This document shows positions 9,370 to 19,010 of a stretch of DNA of 62,231 bases, one piece after another. Each line of letters starts with the position of its first letter. Position 1 is the stretch's first letter. The notes under the pieces were generated by a model. The model was not told the origin of the DNA and searched no databases. It saw nothing but the letters and a program-made list of their open reading frames with translations. A program made the position numbers and the translations under genes. The stretch is from Actinomycetes bacterium (GTDB lineage: Bacteria; Actinomycetota; Acidimicrobiia; IMCC26256; PALSA-610). The stretch is taken from contig JANNHK010000252.1 of NCBI GenBank assembly GCA_031404355.1, positions 1-62,231 of the forward strand, written 5' to 3'.

Positions 9370-10791
9370 ATGACCGACCAACTGGCCGCGCTCGATGCCA
9401 CGGCCCAGGCCGAACTCGTCGCCACCGGGGAGCTCACGCCGAGGGAACTCGTCGAGGCGGCGATCGCGCGCGTCGAGAAGATCAATCCCGAACTCAACGC
9501 CGTGATCCACGAACGCTTCGACCTCGCCGTCACCGAAGCCGACACTGCCGCGGGCCCGTTGCGCGGCGTCCCCTTCCTCGTGAAGGACGCCGTGTGTCAC
9601 ACCGCGGGCGACCCCTACCACTGCGGGATGCGAGCACTGAAGGAACTCGGCTGGACCGCCGACTCCGACACGTGGCTCGCACAACGGTTCCGCGCCGCCG
9701 GCTTCGTGTTCGTCGGCAAGACCAACACGCCCGAACTCGCGTCGAGTGTGACCACCGAACCACTCGCGTACGGCGCGACGCACAACCCGTGGGACAGCAC
9801 GCGTAGCCCGGGCGGGTCGAGCGGCGGATCGGCCGCCGCGGTGGCAGCCGGGCTCGTGCCCGTGGCCCACGGCAACGACATGGGCGGGTCGATCCGGTTC
9901 CCGGCGTCGATGTGCGGCATCGTCGGGCTGAAGCCGACGCGGGCCCGTACCACGCTCGGCCCCGGTTTCGGCGAGTACTGGGGACCACTCACGCACGAGT
10001 TCGTGCTCACGCGCTCGATCCGCGACACCGCGGCCGTGCTCGACGCCGTCGCCGGACCCGGCACCGGCGACCCGTACACCGCGCCCGCGCCGGCGCGCCC
10101 GTACCGCGAGGAGGTCAGTGCACCTGTCGAGCGCCTGCGCATCGGCGTGCGCACCGACCGACGGGGCGGCGGCGCGTCGCACGCAGACTGCATCGCCGCG
10201 GTCGATGCCGCCGTACGCGCGCTCGCGGCGCTCGGCCACGTCGTCGAACCGGCAGTCATCTCCGCGCTCGACGTACCGGTCGACCACGCGTTCGGCGCAG
10301 TGATGTGCGCGGCGCTGGCGCGCGACGTCGCCCGTTGGTCTCGCCGAACCGGAACCGAAATCGCTACCCGACTCGAACCCGGCAACGCGTTCTTGACCGA
10401 GGCCGGCGCCGGTATCGCCGCCACCGACTACATCGCCGCGGTCGAAGAAATGCAGACGTGGTCGCGCGGCGTTGCCGCGTGGTGGGACGAACACGACGTG
10501 CTCGTATTGCCGACGAGCCCCGAACCGCCGGTGTTGCTGGGCGAACTCGCGCCCGACAACGCGGACCCGGCTGCCGGCGAGCGCATGGGGAACCTGGTCA
10601 CCTTTACCGTTCCGTTCGACATCACCGGCCAGCCCGCGATTTCCTTGCCGCTGTACTGGAACGACGAGAACCTCCCCGTGGGTGTGCAGTTCGTCGCGGC
10701 GTACGGACGCGAGGACGTCCTGATTCGGCTCGCGGCCCAGCTCGAATCGGCGCTGCCCTGGGCCGGTCGGCGGCCGCCGATCTCCGCCTGA
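9370..10791 (+). CDS. amidase-signature (AS) family amidase
   Basis: The in-frame ATG at 9370 gives [10 protein letters not shown].... The AS signature [14 protein letters not shown] and a catalytic Ser-cisSer-Lys context ([21 protein letters not shown]) are present. Confidence 0.85.
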   Translation: MTDQLAALDATAQAELVATGELTPRELVEAAIARVEKINPELNAVIHERFDLAVTEADTAAGPLRGVPFLVKDAVCHTAGDPYHCGMRALKELGWTADSDTWLAQRFRAAGFVFVGKTNTPELASSVTTEPLAYGATHNPWDSTRSPGGSSGGSAAAVAAGLVPVAHGNDMGGSIRFPASMCGIVGLKPTRARTTLGPGFGEYWGPLTHEFVLTRSIRDTAAVLDAVAGPGTGDPYTAPAPARPYREEVSAPVERLRIGVRTDRRGGGASHADCIAAVDAAVRALAALGHVVEPAVISALDVPVDHAFGAVMCAALARDVARWSRRTGTEIATRLEPGNAFLTEAGAGIAATDYIAAVEEMQTWSRGVAAWWDEHDVLVLPTSPEPPVLLGELAPDNADPAAGERMGNLVTFTVPFDITGQPAISLPLYWNDENLPVGVQFVAAYGREDVLIRLAAQLESALPWAGRRPPISA

Positions 10792-10798
10792 CTGGCAG

Positions 10799-11074
10799 TT
10801 ACGCCACGATCGACGCGATCGCCCAGACCATCACGATGAGCCCCACCAGCATGTAGGTGACGGTTCGGGCGAGGGGCGCCTGGACGAGGTCGCCGTCGGT
10901 CGGGGTGTGTCCGTAGCCCCGTACCGGGCTTCCCGGGCGGTGCCGGGCAACGTGCTGAGCGGCGGCGGCGCGGGCATCGACGCGCCGGCGAACGAGCGCG
11001 AAGGCGTTGGCGAGGAACAGCGCGGCGCCCAACGCCAAGATCAGTTCCCGCAGGACGTCGTCGTAGAAGTCCAC
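10799..11074 (-). CDS. small two-TM membrane protein, unknown function
   Basis: 91-aa ORF with high third-position GC and two hydrophobic segments (LILALGAALFLANAFALV and YMLVGLIVMVWAIASIV). Confidence 0.55.
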   Translation of the reverse strand: MDFYDDVLRELILALGAALFLANAFALVRRRVDARAAAAQHVARHRPGSPVRGYGHTPTDGDLVQAPLARTVTYMLVGLIVMVWAIASIVA

Positions 11075-11086
11075 AGCGGTTCGAGG

Positions 11087-11761
11087 TTATCCCTCCGCGA
11101 GTGCAGCCGCCCGCTCGAGGCTCTCGACGAGTTCGGCAACGTCGGCCTCCGTCGGGTCGCGAACGACGGCCGTCGCGATCCGCTCGTCGGTGGCCAGAAG
11201 GTTGATTTCCTGCTGGCGGAGCAGCACGCCGTCGGATGCGAAGCAGTACTGACGTTCGAGTCCGAAGCCGGCTTCGAAGCCGCGGGCGCCGAACACGCCG
11301 AAACACTGTGCGTCCTCGTCGGCGATGGTCTCGTCCGGCAACCGGATCACGACGTAGGCGTCGCTGGCGACGAGCGTGCGGACGATGTCGGCCGCGCTCA
11401 GGCCGGACACGACCGTGCCGCGCAAACACTCGACATGGTCGCCGACCACGTTGCACTCGACCTTCTCGTCGCCGCGTTCGGTTGTCACCGACGTCGGCTC
11501 GCGTTGTACGCGCGCGCCGGCGCGGCGAGCTTCGGAAACTGACCGCGCCGTGAGTTCGCCGCTGTGCAGCTCGCGGCGGGCGGTGTAGCGGACGAGCCAG
11601 TCGCCCTGCTCGTTGGCCTCGAGGAGCCCGACGAGCTCCTCGAACGCAGCCTCGTCGTTGTGGAGCGTGACGGTCGGCGGCTCGCTCAATCCGACACTGA
11701 CAAGGAGGCCGACAACGGCCAGGAGCCCCAGCCCGAACCCAACCCGCCGGTCGAATGACAC
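11087..11761 (-). CDS. membrane-anchored or secreted hypothetical protein
   Basis: This is the C-terminal 224 codons of ORF 11087..12715. An in-frame GTG at 11761 gives MSFDRRVGFGLGLLAVVGLLVSVGL (N-terminal anchor). The upstream part of the ORF is antisense to nucS/purU. Confidence 0.55.
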   Translation of the reverse strand: MSFDRRVGFGLGLLAVVGLLVSVGLSEPPTVTLHNDEAAFEELVGLLEANEQGDWLVRYTARRELHSGELTARSVSEARRAGARVQREPTSVTTERGDEKVECNVVGDHVECLRGTVVSGLSAADIVRTLVASDAYVVIRLPDETIADEDAQCFGVFGARGFEAGFGLERQYCFASDGVLLRQQEINLLATDERIATAVVRDPTEADVAELVESLERAAALAEG

Positions 11762-11785
11762 GCCGAAGATTACGCTGCGCGATCG

Positions 11786-12445
11786 ATGCGACTGGTCGTG
11801 GCGACATGCACGGTGGAGTACCAGGGTCGGCTCGGGGCCCGGCTGGCGTCGGCAACGCGCCTGATCTTGTTCAAGGCCGACGGTTCGATCGCCATCCACT
11901 CCGACGCGAAGGCCTACAAGCCACTCAACTGGATGAACCCGCCGTGCACGATCGACGAAGTCGAAGGCCACATCACGGCCCGGAACCCGAAGGGCGAGGA
12001 GCTGCGCATCGAACTGCACGACATCGTCTCCGATACGCGTGCCGAACTGGGTGACGACCCCGGCCTGGAAAAGGACGGCGTCGAGGCAGAACTGCAGCAA
12101 CTGCTCGCGGCGCGCGTCGCCGCATTGCGCGAGGACCTCACGTTGATTCGCCGCGAGTATCCGACCGACATCGGTCCCGTCGATCTGCTCTGTCGCGCCA
12201 CCGATGGGACCACGGTCGTGATCGAGGTCAAGCGCGTCGGCGACATCGCCGGCGTCGAGCAGTTGCTGCGCTACCAGGAACGGCTCGATCGCGACGGCCG
12301 GTACGCGCCGACAACGGGCATGTTCGTCGCGCAGTCGATCAAACCGCAGGCCCGCGTGTTCGCCGAGAGTAAGGGCGTCTCGTGCATCGAGATCGACCTG
12401 GTGCAGCTGCGCGACGGCATCGACCCCGATCTGACGCTCTTCTAA
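11786..12445 (+). CDS. nucS: endonuclease NucS (mismatch-specific, RecB-like nuclease)
   Basis: 219 aa. The N-terminus MRLVVATCTVEYQGRLGARL..LILFKADGSIAIHSD and the C-terminal PD-(D/E)xK-like VDLLCRATDGTTVVIEVKR are characteristic of actinobacterial NucS. Confidence 0.92.
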   Translation: MRLVVATCTVEYQGRLGARLASATRLILFKADGSIAIHSDAKAYKPLNWMNPPCTIDEVEGHITARNPKGEELRIELHDIVSDTRAELGDDPGLEKDGVEAELQQLLAARVAALREDLTLIRREYPTDIGPVDLLCRATDGTTVVIEVKRVGDIAGVEQLLRYQERLDRDGRYAPTTGMFVAQSIKPQARVFAESKGVSCIEIDLVQLRDGIDPDLTLF

Positions 12446-13281
12446 TGCGCGCCGCCCTGCTCCTGCGCTGTCCCGACCGACCGGGAATCGTCGCGGCCGT
12501 CGGGCAGTTCGCCGCCGAGTACGGCGGCAACATCGTCGAAGCCGACCAACACTCCGACCCCGAAGTGGGTCTGTTCCTCCAGCGTGTCGAGTTCGAAGTC
12601 GACGCCGGGGTCGACGACCTGCGGGCGGCGTTCTCGCCTGTGGCCGACGAGTTCGCGATGGACTGGCGCCTGCACGACCTCGCGGCGCGGGCCCGAGTAG
12701 CGGTGCTCGTGTCACGTCAGGGGCACTGCCTGGCCGACCTGCTCGTACGGAGCGCGCTCGGTGAACTCCCCGGCGACATCGCGTTCGTCGCGTCCAACCA
12801 CGCCGACCACGCCGAGTTCAGCGGTCGGTTCGGTGTGCCGTTCCACCACGTGCCGGTAGCCGACGGCCGCGAATCGCAGGAACTCGCACTCGGCGCGCTC
12901 CTGGCCGAACAGCAACCCGACGTCGTCGTGCTCGCTCGCTACATGCGCATCCTGCCGCCCTGGCTCGTCGCCGAGTGGCCCGAACGCATGATCAACATCC
13001 ACCACTCGTTCCTGCCGTCCTTCGCGGGTGCGCGGCCGTACCAACAGGCGCACGAGCGCGGCGTGAAGGTGATCGGCGCCACCGCGCACTACGTCACCGC
13101 CGCACTCGACGAAGGCCCGATCCTCGCCCAACAGGTGATGCCGGTATCCCACCGCGACGACCCCGCCCGTCTCGAACGCCGCGGTCGCGACCTCGAAGCC
13201 GTCGTACTCGCCGAAGCACTGCGCCTGCACCTCGAGCACCGCGTCATCGTCTACGGCCGCCGCACCGCCGTCTTCGACTGA
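12445..13281 (+). CDS. purU: formyltetrahydrofolate deformylase
   Basis: The ATG at 12445 overlaps the nucS stop (TAATG). It has an N-terminal ACT domain (MRAALLLRCPDRPGIVAAVGQF) followed by a formyltransferase domain (INIHHSFLPSFAGARPYQQAHERGVKVIGATAHYV). Confidence 0.9.
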   Translation: MRAALLLRCPDRPGIVAAVGQFAAEYGGNIVEADQHSDPEVGLFLQRVEFEVDAGVDDLRAAFSPVADEFAMDWRLHDLAARARVAVLVSRQGHCLADLLVRSALGELPGDIAFVASNHADHAEFSGRFGVPFHHVPVADGRESQELALGALLAEQQPDVVVLARYMRILPPWLVAEWPERMINIHHSFLPSFAGARPYQQAHERGVKVIGATAHYVTAALDEGPILAQQVMPVSHRDDPARLERRGRDLEAVVLAEALRLHLEHRVIVYGRRTAVFD

Positions 13282-13288
13282 CATCCGT

Positions 13289-13337
13289 CCGAAATTGCGC
13301 CAAGGACCGAAACGGTCGTCATACGGCGCAATTTCGG
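13289..13337. terminator. bidirectional hairpin between convergent purU and the EamA gene
   Basis: Perfect 13-bp inverted repeat CCGAAATTGCGCC (13289..13301) / GGCGCAATTTCGG (13325..13337) with a 23-nt loop, lying in the 69-bp convergent spacer. Confidence 0.6.
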
Positions 13338-13350
13338 CGGTGGGGCGGGG

Positions 13351-14181
13351 TTAGCGGAAGATCACGAGGGCGACGAGGCCGATGCACACGACGACCGACG
13401 AGATCGTGCGGCGGCGGCCGAGTGCTTCGCCGAGGACGAGCCAGCCGAGCAGCGCGCCGAACACGACCGACGACTCGCGCAGGGTCGCGACGTAGCCGAC
13501 GGGCGCGAGCCGAAACGCCACGAGCACCATCGAGTACGCGCCGCACAGGCACGCGCCCGAGACGGCGTAGCGCGGCCAGCAGGAGCGGATCGTGCGCACG
13601 AAGTCGCCGCCGCGGCCGCGCAGGACCCCGGTGATACTCAGCGTCACCGCGGTACACAGCGTGAGCGTCACCCCGTACGCGAACCCGTTGTCGGTACGGC
13701 GGGCGCCGTCGGCGTCAACCACGGTGTACGTCGCGATGACGGCCGCGGTCGCGAGCGCGTACCAGAGCTCCGCGCGCGGCGCGCCGGGCCGGATGAGCGA
13801 TGCCAGCCCGATCGCGACGACGAGCAGCGACAGCCACGCGCCCAGCGGGAGTGTGTCGTCGAGCAGCAACGCGCCCAGCAACGCGGCACCGAGCGCCCCG
13901 CCGCCGCGCGCGAGCGGGTACACGAGTGAGAAGTCGCCGTGGTGGTACGCGCCGACCAGGGCGCCCACGTAGACGATGTGGATCAACGCCGACGCCGCGA
14001 GGAACGGCCACGCGTCGCGATCGGGCAGACCCGTGAAGAACAGGACCGGGAGAAAGATCAGCCCGCCGGCAACGAATTGCCCCCACGACGCGAGTTCACG
14101 GTCGTCGCTGGTCTTGATGAGCAGGTTCCACGTCGCGTGCAGAACCCCCGACGCCAGCGCGAGAACGGTGGCGAGAAGCAC
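13351..14181 (-). CDS. EamA/DMT-superfamily transporter
   Basis: 276 aa, about 10 TM helices, with a duplicated EamA-like architecture. Confidence 0.75.
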   Translation of the reverse strand: MLLATVLALASGVLHATWNLLIKTSDDRELASWGQFVAGGLIFLPVLFFTGLPDRDAWPFLAASALIHIVYVGALVGAYHHGDFSLVYPLARGGGALGAALLGALLLDDTLPLGAWLSLLVVAIGLASLIRPGAPRAELWYALATAAVIATYTVVDADGARRTDNGFAYGVTLTLCTAVTLSITGVLRGRGGDFVRTIRSCWPRYAVSGACLCGAYSMVLVAFRLAPVGYVATLRESSVVFGALLGWLVLGEALGRRRTISSVVVCIGLVALVIFR

Positions 14182-14206
14182 ACCGCATACTTACATTGCA
14201 GTGCCG

Positions 14207-14773
14207 CTACTCGACGAACGTCCCCGGGGCGCGACACCCGATCGCAAGGAGTTGCTCCGACGTCTCGACCGGCCCCGTATCGAGCGACACCTCGACGCAG
14301 AGCGCGGATCCGACCGGGTCCGTGACGATGAAGCGCCACTGCGCAGCTTCCCAGTCAGCTTGCGTCGCGACATCGACCGGCGGCCCGTCAAACAACACGG
14401 CTGACGGATAGCGAGGCTGGAGCGAGACGAACGCCTCGCGCACGACGTCGGCGTCACGCGGCGAGCGACCGGTCGCCACCGCGATGCGACTGATCTCGTC
14501 GTGGTAGGCGAACGCGGGCTCGACCCCCTCGAACACACCCGTCAGGCCCTCACCAACGGCCTCGCCGAGAGCTTCGCCCAGACCCTCTCCGACAGCTTCG
14601 AAGGCCGAACTTTCGTCGCTTTCGGTGTCGTCTTCCCGGGCAACCGTCGGCGGGGGCTTTGGTTCCGCGGCCGGCGGGTCATCGTCGACAGCCGTCGCGA
14701 CGTAGACGAGGGAGAGCGCCGAGATACCGACCAGTCCGGCTGCGCCGGCGATGAGGGCAGTGCGTCCTTGCAT
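14207..14773 (-). CDS. membrane-anchored hypothetical protein
   Basis: 188 aa with an N-terminal TM anchor (ALIAGAAGLVGISALSLVYVA), an acidic Pro-rich linker, and a globular C-terminal part. Third-position GC is high. Confidence 0.55.
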   Translation of the reverse strand: MQGRTALIAGAAGLVGISALSLVYVATAVDDDPPAAEPKPPPTVAREDDTESDESSAFEAVGEGLGEALGEAVGEGLTGVFEGVEPAFAYHDEISRIAVATGRSPRDADVVREAFVSLQPRYPSAVLFDGPPVDVATQADWEAAQWRFIVTDPVGSALCVEVSLDTGPVETSEQLLAIGCRAPGTFVE

Positions 14774-14809
14774 AGCGACTACGACTGCCGAGGCCGCCCG
14801 AAGGTTGCG

Positions 14810-16822
14810 CTATTCGCGGGCGAGGTTGGAGAACTTCGTGTACTGCTCCAGGAACGCCAGGCGCGTACTGCCCGTCGGGCCATTACGGTGCTTCGACACG
14901 ATGATCTCGGCCATGCCCCGCTGGTCGGAGTCGGGGTTGTAGTACTCGTCGCGGTAGATGAACAACACGACGTCGGCATCCTGCTCGATGCTGTTGTGCG
15001 CCACGATGCCGTTGGCCACGAAGTTGTGCGTGCCCTGCACCGTCGCGTCGAACACCGGCGCCTCGCCGCGCGGGACGATCGCCACGATCTCGTCCCACAG
15101 CACGTCGGAGACACCCAAGTCGGCAAGGAATCCGTCGGGCAGCTCGGCCGCGATGCGCCGCATCAGCCCGCGCGAGATGCCGCGCTCGTACACACGGTGC
15201 ACGCCCTCGTCGGCGCCGAGCCGGTCGATGAGATCGTGGGCGCGCATGCCCATGACGAGAAGACCCTTGCTCTCGATGTAGTCCCACACCTCGTGCGGGA
15301 TCGTGTCGCGTTGCGCATCGACGACGCCGCCGTTGCGGCCGCCGGCGATGCGGGTGCCCACCTGGAGGTCGGCGACCTGCATCCATCCTTCGAGGGTGAG
15401 GAACGGGTGGTTCGCGCTCGCGCGCACGCTGCGCCCGGACGCCAGCTGCAACTCGAACACGGGCTTGGTGCCCGAAGCGAACACGTGCGTCATCACGCCG
15501 GGAACCATGCGCAGGTGTTCGTCGAGCGTGATGATGTCGACATCGCGCGCACCCGACTCGTACAGCGCGCCCATCGTTGCGGTCGACCCGTCGGCCAGCA
15601 GCAACTCGGCGTCGGCCGTGAGGCATCCCGACTCGCGCAGGTCCGCGAGCATCGGCTTCTTGTCCTGGCGGTATTCGAGTTGGCGGTTGAGCTGCGAGAG
15701 GCACATCACCGGCGTGTCGAGTTCGCGGGCGAGGATCTTCAGCCCGCGCGACATCTCCGACACTTCGATCTGGCGAGACTCGACGCGCCGCGACGACGAC
15801 ATGAGCTGCAAGTAGTCGATGACGATCATCCCGAGGTCGCCGTAGCGCGCCTTCGTGCGCCGCGCCTTGGCCCGCATCTCCATAACCGTGCAGTGCGGGT
15901 TGTCGTCGATGAAGAACGGAGCTTCGGCGAGGCGCCCCACCGCCTGGTTCAGCTTCGGCCACTCGTGGTCGTTGAGCCGGCCGGTCGAGAGCTTGCGCGA
16001 GTCGATGAGCGCTTCGGCCGCCAGCAGACGCTTCGTCAGCTCGAGGTGGCCCATTTCCATCGAGAAGAACAGCACCGGCTTCTTCGCGACGAGCGCGCAG
16101 TTCAGTGCCGCGCCCAGCGCGAACGAGGTCTTGCCCTGACCGGGGCGGGCGGCGACGATCGTGAGCGTCGACGGCTGCAACCCGAGCAGCAACTCGTCGA
16201 GGTCGTGGTAACCCGTCGGCACACCGGTGATGCCCGTGTCACGGTCGTACAAGTGCGCGAGCTGATCCATCGTCGCTTCGAGCGCCGGATACAGCGACAC
16301 CAACGAGTCGGAGACGCGCCGCTCCGCGACCTCGAAAATCATCGTCTCGGCCCGGTCGATGGTCTCGTCGACGTCGTCGTCGACCGTGTACGCCATCTGC
16401 TGGATGTCCGAGGCCGCTTCGATCAGCCGACGCAACATCGCGAGTTCGGCAACGATCTGCGCGTAGTGCACCGCGTTGGCCGACGCGGGTGTACCGGCCT
16501 GAATGCGCATGAGTGCAGCCCGGCCGCCGATGCCGTCGAGGCGGTCGGCACGGCGCAACTCCTCGGCCACCGTGACCGGGTCGACCGGCTCGCCGCGACT
16601 GTGCAACGAGTAGGAGGCGTCGAAGATGATCCCGTGCGCGGGCTTGTAGAAGTCGTGGTTCTCGAGCCGGGCCTCGACCGCGGCCGTGAGCGCCTCGCGC
16701 GACAGCATCATCGCCCCGAGCAGCGACTCCTCTGCTTCCAGGTTGTGCGGCGGCACGCGCCCTCGTTCAGAGAGCGCTGTGTCGACCGGCCGCCGGCGCG
16801 CGTCGTCAATCGAATGAACCAC
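14810..16822 (-). CDS. dnaB: replicative DNA helicase DnaB, interrupted by an in-frame intein
   Basis: 670 aa. It has the N-terminal domain (PPHNLEAEESLLGAMML), Walker A (ARPGQGKTSF) and Walker B (IVIDYLQLM). GTG start at 16822 with GGGGAGGAG 9 nt upstream. The extein totals 459 aa once residues 400-610 are removed. Confidence 0.95.
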   Translation of the reverse strand: MVHSIDDARRRPVDTALSERGRVPPHNLEAEESLLGAMMLSREALTAAVEARLENHDFYKPAHGIIFDASYSLHSRGEPVDPVTVAEELRRADRLDGIGGRAALMRIQAGTPASANAVHYAQIVAELAMLRRLIEAASDIQQMAYTVDDDVDETIDRAETMIFEVAERRVSDSLVSLYPALEATMDQLAHLYDRDTGITGVPTGYHDLDELLLGLQPSTLTIVAARPGQGKTSFALGAALNCALVAKKPVLFFSMEMGHLELTKRLLAAEALIDSRKLSTGRLNDHEWPKLNQAVGRLAEAPFFIDDNPHCTVMEMRAKARRTKARYGDLGMIVIDYLQLMSSSRRVESRQIEVSEMSRGLKILARELDTPVMCLSQLNRQLEYRQDKKPMLADLRESGCLTADAELLLADGSTATMGALYESGARDVDIITLDEHLRMVPGVMTHVFASGTKPVFELQLASGRSVRASANHPFLTLEGWMQVADLQVGTRIAGGRNGGVVDAQRDTIPHEVWDYIESKGLLVMGMRAHDLIDRLGADEGVHRVYERGISRGLMRRIAAELPDGFLADLGVSDVLWDEIVAIVPRGEAPVFDATVQGTHNFVANGIVAHNSIEQDADVVLFIYRDEYYNPDSDQRGMAEIIVSKHRNGPTGSTRLAFLEQYTKFSNLARE
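14993..15625 (-). mobile_element. DnaB mini-intein (211 aa) inserted at the LRESG|C ... HN|SIEQDAD site
   Basis: The element starts with Cys (CLTADAELLLADG, block A). It has ASANHPFLT (block B), VFDATVQGTHNFVANG (block F) and IVAHN followed by +1 Ser (block G). The central region is only about 85 aa and no LAGLIDADG motifs were seen. Confidence 0.9.
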
Positions 16823-16877
16823 GTCGAGTGTCTCCTCCCCTCGGCGAGCGTCGCGCCCGGCCCCTGGGGATCGCTAG

Positions 16878-17164
16878 ACCCACAACGTTGTGGGTGACGA
16901 GCACCGCGCTGTGCATCACGGCCCCGACCTTGTGGACATGTCGAAGTCGATGGTGACAGCCACGTGAGACAGTGAAGCGCGGCTGCCGTCCCGATCAGGG
17001 GATATCTCTTCCGGGAGCCCGGGGCGCCGTCCACAAGTCTGTGGATGACCACGTTCTCCACAGGGTGGGAAACGAGTCCGCACCACCGCGTCCCCCACCC
17101 AGCGCGTGAACCGGGCGGTGGTCGCGAACGCGAGCGCGCGCAATCCCCAGGGGGGTGTGGACAA
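16878..17164. promoter_or_regulatory. dnaB upstream region: 18-bp perfect palindrome plus a cluster of five DnaA-box-like 9-mers
   Basis: Palindrome ACCCACAACGTTGTGGGT at 16878..16895. Boxes, compared with TTGTCCACA/TTATCCACA: 16931..16939 (rc ATGTCCACA), 17027..17035 (CCGTCCACA), 17040..17048 (rc TCATCCACA), 17054..17062 (TTCTCCACA) and 17156..17164 (rc TTGTCCACA, perfect). Confidence 0.55.
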
Positions 17165-17190
17165 CTTGCGCGCGCTGGGTGGCGGTCGCG

Positions 17191-17640
17191 TCAGCTCTGG
17201 GCGACGACCTCGACGGACACCGGAGCGATGACGTCGGGGTGCAGTCGAACGGTCAACTCGACCGTTCCCAGTTCCTTGATCGGCTCATCAAGCGCGATCC
17301 GGCGCCGGTCGATCTCGACGTTCAGCTGAGCCTCGATGGCCTCGGCGATGTCCGACGACGTGATCGAACCAAACAGCTTCCCGCCCTCACCGGCACGCGC
17401 GGTGACCGTGACCGAACGGCCGACGAACCGGGCTGCCACCGCTTCCGCGGACTCACGGTCACGGCTGTCCTTGGCGTCGCGGTTGCGGCGCATGGCCTCG
17501 GCCTGCTTCTCGATGCCGGGCGTGGCCTTGATGGCCAGGCCCTTGGGCACCAGATAATTGCGGGCGTAGCCGTCGGCGACGTCGACGAGGTCGCCCTTCT
17601 TGCCGACGTTCTCGACATCGGCTCGCATGACGATCTTCAT
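17191..17640 (-). CDS. rplI: 50S ribosomal protein L9
   Basis: 149 aa; [36 protein letters not shown] is the canonical L9 N-terminus. Confidence 0.95.
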   Translation of the reverse strand: MKIVMRADVENVGKKGDLVDVADGYARNYLVPKGLAIKATPGIEKQAEAMRRNRDAKDSRDRESAEAVAARFVGRSVTVTARAGEGGKLFGSITSSDIAEAIEAQLNVEIDRRRIALDEPIKELGTVELTVRLHPDVIAPVSVEVVAQS

Positions 17641-18137
17641 TCCTGATCTCCGCCGACGTCAGCCGCCACCGCTTCGTCGCCGCCCGTGTCGGCGAATGCG
17701 GTCTCCCCGCCCGTGTCGTCGAGACGGGTCTCGTCGATGCCGGTCAGTTCGGCCTCGGCGCCCGTGACCACGGTGCGCTCGACCTCGTCGGGCGGAGCCT
17801 GCAGCTCGCGCTCACCCCGGTCGCCTCGGTCGCCTCGGTCACCGCGGTCGCGCCGCCCCTTCGACCGTTGCGTCACCTGGCGGACGCTGTACGGCAACAA
17901 CGCCATCTCACGCGCGAGTTTGATCGCTTTGGCGACCGCGACCTGCTGCTGCTGGTCGTTACCCGTGACACGGCGAGCCCGGATCTTCGCCCGCTCGGAC
18001 ATGAAGCGCCGCAGCACGTTCACGTCCTTGTAGTCGATCCAGTCGATGCTCTCGGTTGTGAGGATCGACGTCTTCTTCTTGAGCGGACGGCGGTCCTTCG
18101 CTGGTCCGCGTTCCTTGCGTACTTCTTTACGAGCCAT
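17637..18137 (-). CDS. rpsR: 30S ribosomal protein S18 with an acidic C-terminal extension of about 80 aa
   Basis: The in-frame ATG at 18137 gives [11 protein letters not shown].... The core motifs are [26 protein letters not shown] and [21 protein letters not shown]. The stop overlaps the rplI start (ATGA). The 166-aa product compares with about 75-90 aa for typical S18. Confidence 0.9.
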   Translation of the reverse strand: MARKEVRKERGPAKDRRPLKKKTSILTTESIDWIDYKDVNVLRRFMSERAKIRARRVTGNDQQQQVAVAKAIKLAREMALLPYSVRQVTQRSKGRRDRGDRGDRGDRGERELQAPPDEVERTVVTGAEAELTGIDETRLDDTGGETAFADTGGDEAVAADVGGDQE

Positions 18138-18156
18138 CGTTTCCTCTGAGAACGGA

Positions 18157-18630
18157 CTAGAACGGCTCTTCGCCGAACTGGTCGTAAGACTGGTCTCCGC
18201 CGCCGGCCGGAACCGACGCGGGCTGTTGGGGCCGATCGCCACCGCGCGCCTCGCCGGGGCCGCTGCGCTCGACGCGGTGAACCTCAGCGGTGGCGAACAC
18301 AAGGCTCGGCCCGACCTCGTCGGCAACGATTTCCACTACCGAGCGCTTCTCGCCCTGTTCGGTCTCCCAGCTGCGCTGCTCGAGCCGTCCCGTGAGAACA
18401 ACCCGCATGCCCTTGTGAAGGGATGCGACGACGTTCTCGGCCAGATTTCCCCACGTGACGACGTTGAAGAAACTCGTCCGCTCTTCCCACTCGTTGCTCT
18501 GCTGGTTACGCCACGAACGGTTGACGGCGACACTGAAGTTCGTCGTCTGCTTGCCGCTCGCGGTGTACCGCATCTCCGGGTCGCGTGTGAGGTTGCCGGC
18601 CACAGTGATCGCGTTGCTGTTGTTTGCCAT
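18157..18630 (-). CDS. ssb: single-stranded DNA-binding protein
   Basis: 157 aa. It has an OB fold ([30 protein letters not shown]), a Gly/Pro-rich linker, and the acidic tip DQFGEEPF. Confidence 0.95.
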   Translation of the reverse strand: MANNSNAITVAGNLTRDPEMRYTASGKQTTNFSVAVNRSWRNQQSNEWEERTSFFNVVTWGNLAENVVASLHKGMRVVLTGRLEQRSWETEQGEKRSVVEIVADEVGPSLVFATAEVHRVERSGPGEARGGDRPQQPASVPAGGGDQSYDQFGEEPF

Positions 18631-18641
18631 GGGATCCTCCC

Positions 18642-19010
18642 CTATGCGTGATCCGCCGGGGTGCTACCCGCAACCTTCGGAGGCCCGTAGACCTTCTCGG
18701 GGATGCGCAACACCTTGTGACGGATGGTCTCGTCTGCAAGAGAGAGCACCCGGTTCAACTCATCCATCGCCGCGGGCTCGGCCTTCGCCTGCATGACCAC
18801 GTAATACCCGTCGGTCTTGCGATTGATCTCGTAGGCCAAACGACGCTTGCCCCAGAAGTCGACGAAGCCGCGCTCCGCACCCCGGGACTCGATGAGTTGC
18901 AGCCACCGTTCGACGGCAGCCCGGATCGTCTCCTCATCCAGGTCCGCTTCGAGGATGATCATGACCTCGTAAGGCCGCAAACCGCCACGCGATGCACTCG
19001 GCATCGGCAT
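18642..19010 (-). CDS. rpsF: 30S ribosomal protein S6
   Basis: The core RPYEVMIILEADLDEE...FWGKRRLAYEI is canonical S6. AGGAGG lies just upstream; either ATG (19010 or 19004) could be the start. Confidence 0.92.
   Translation of the reverse strand: MPMPSASRGGLRPYEVMIILEADLDEETIRAAVERWLQLIESRGAERGFVDFWGKRRLAYEINRKTDGYYVVMQAKAEPAAMDELNRVLSLADETIRHKVLRIPEKVYGPPKVAGSTPADHA

Noticed and set aside
14501-16897. A 798-aa ORF on the plus strand covering the whole dnaB locus.
   Set aside because: It is a shadow ORF typical of about 70% GC DNA: Arg/His/Val-rich nonsense with no motifs. The opposite strand encodes an unmistakable DnaB.
17637-18326. The full 229-aa version of the rpsR ORF, starting at 18326.
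   Set aside because: The first 63 codons overlap the 3' end of ssb and are Ala/Arg/Ser-rich. The canonical S18 N-terminus MARKEV starts at 18137.
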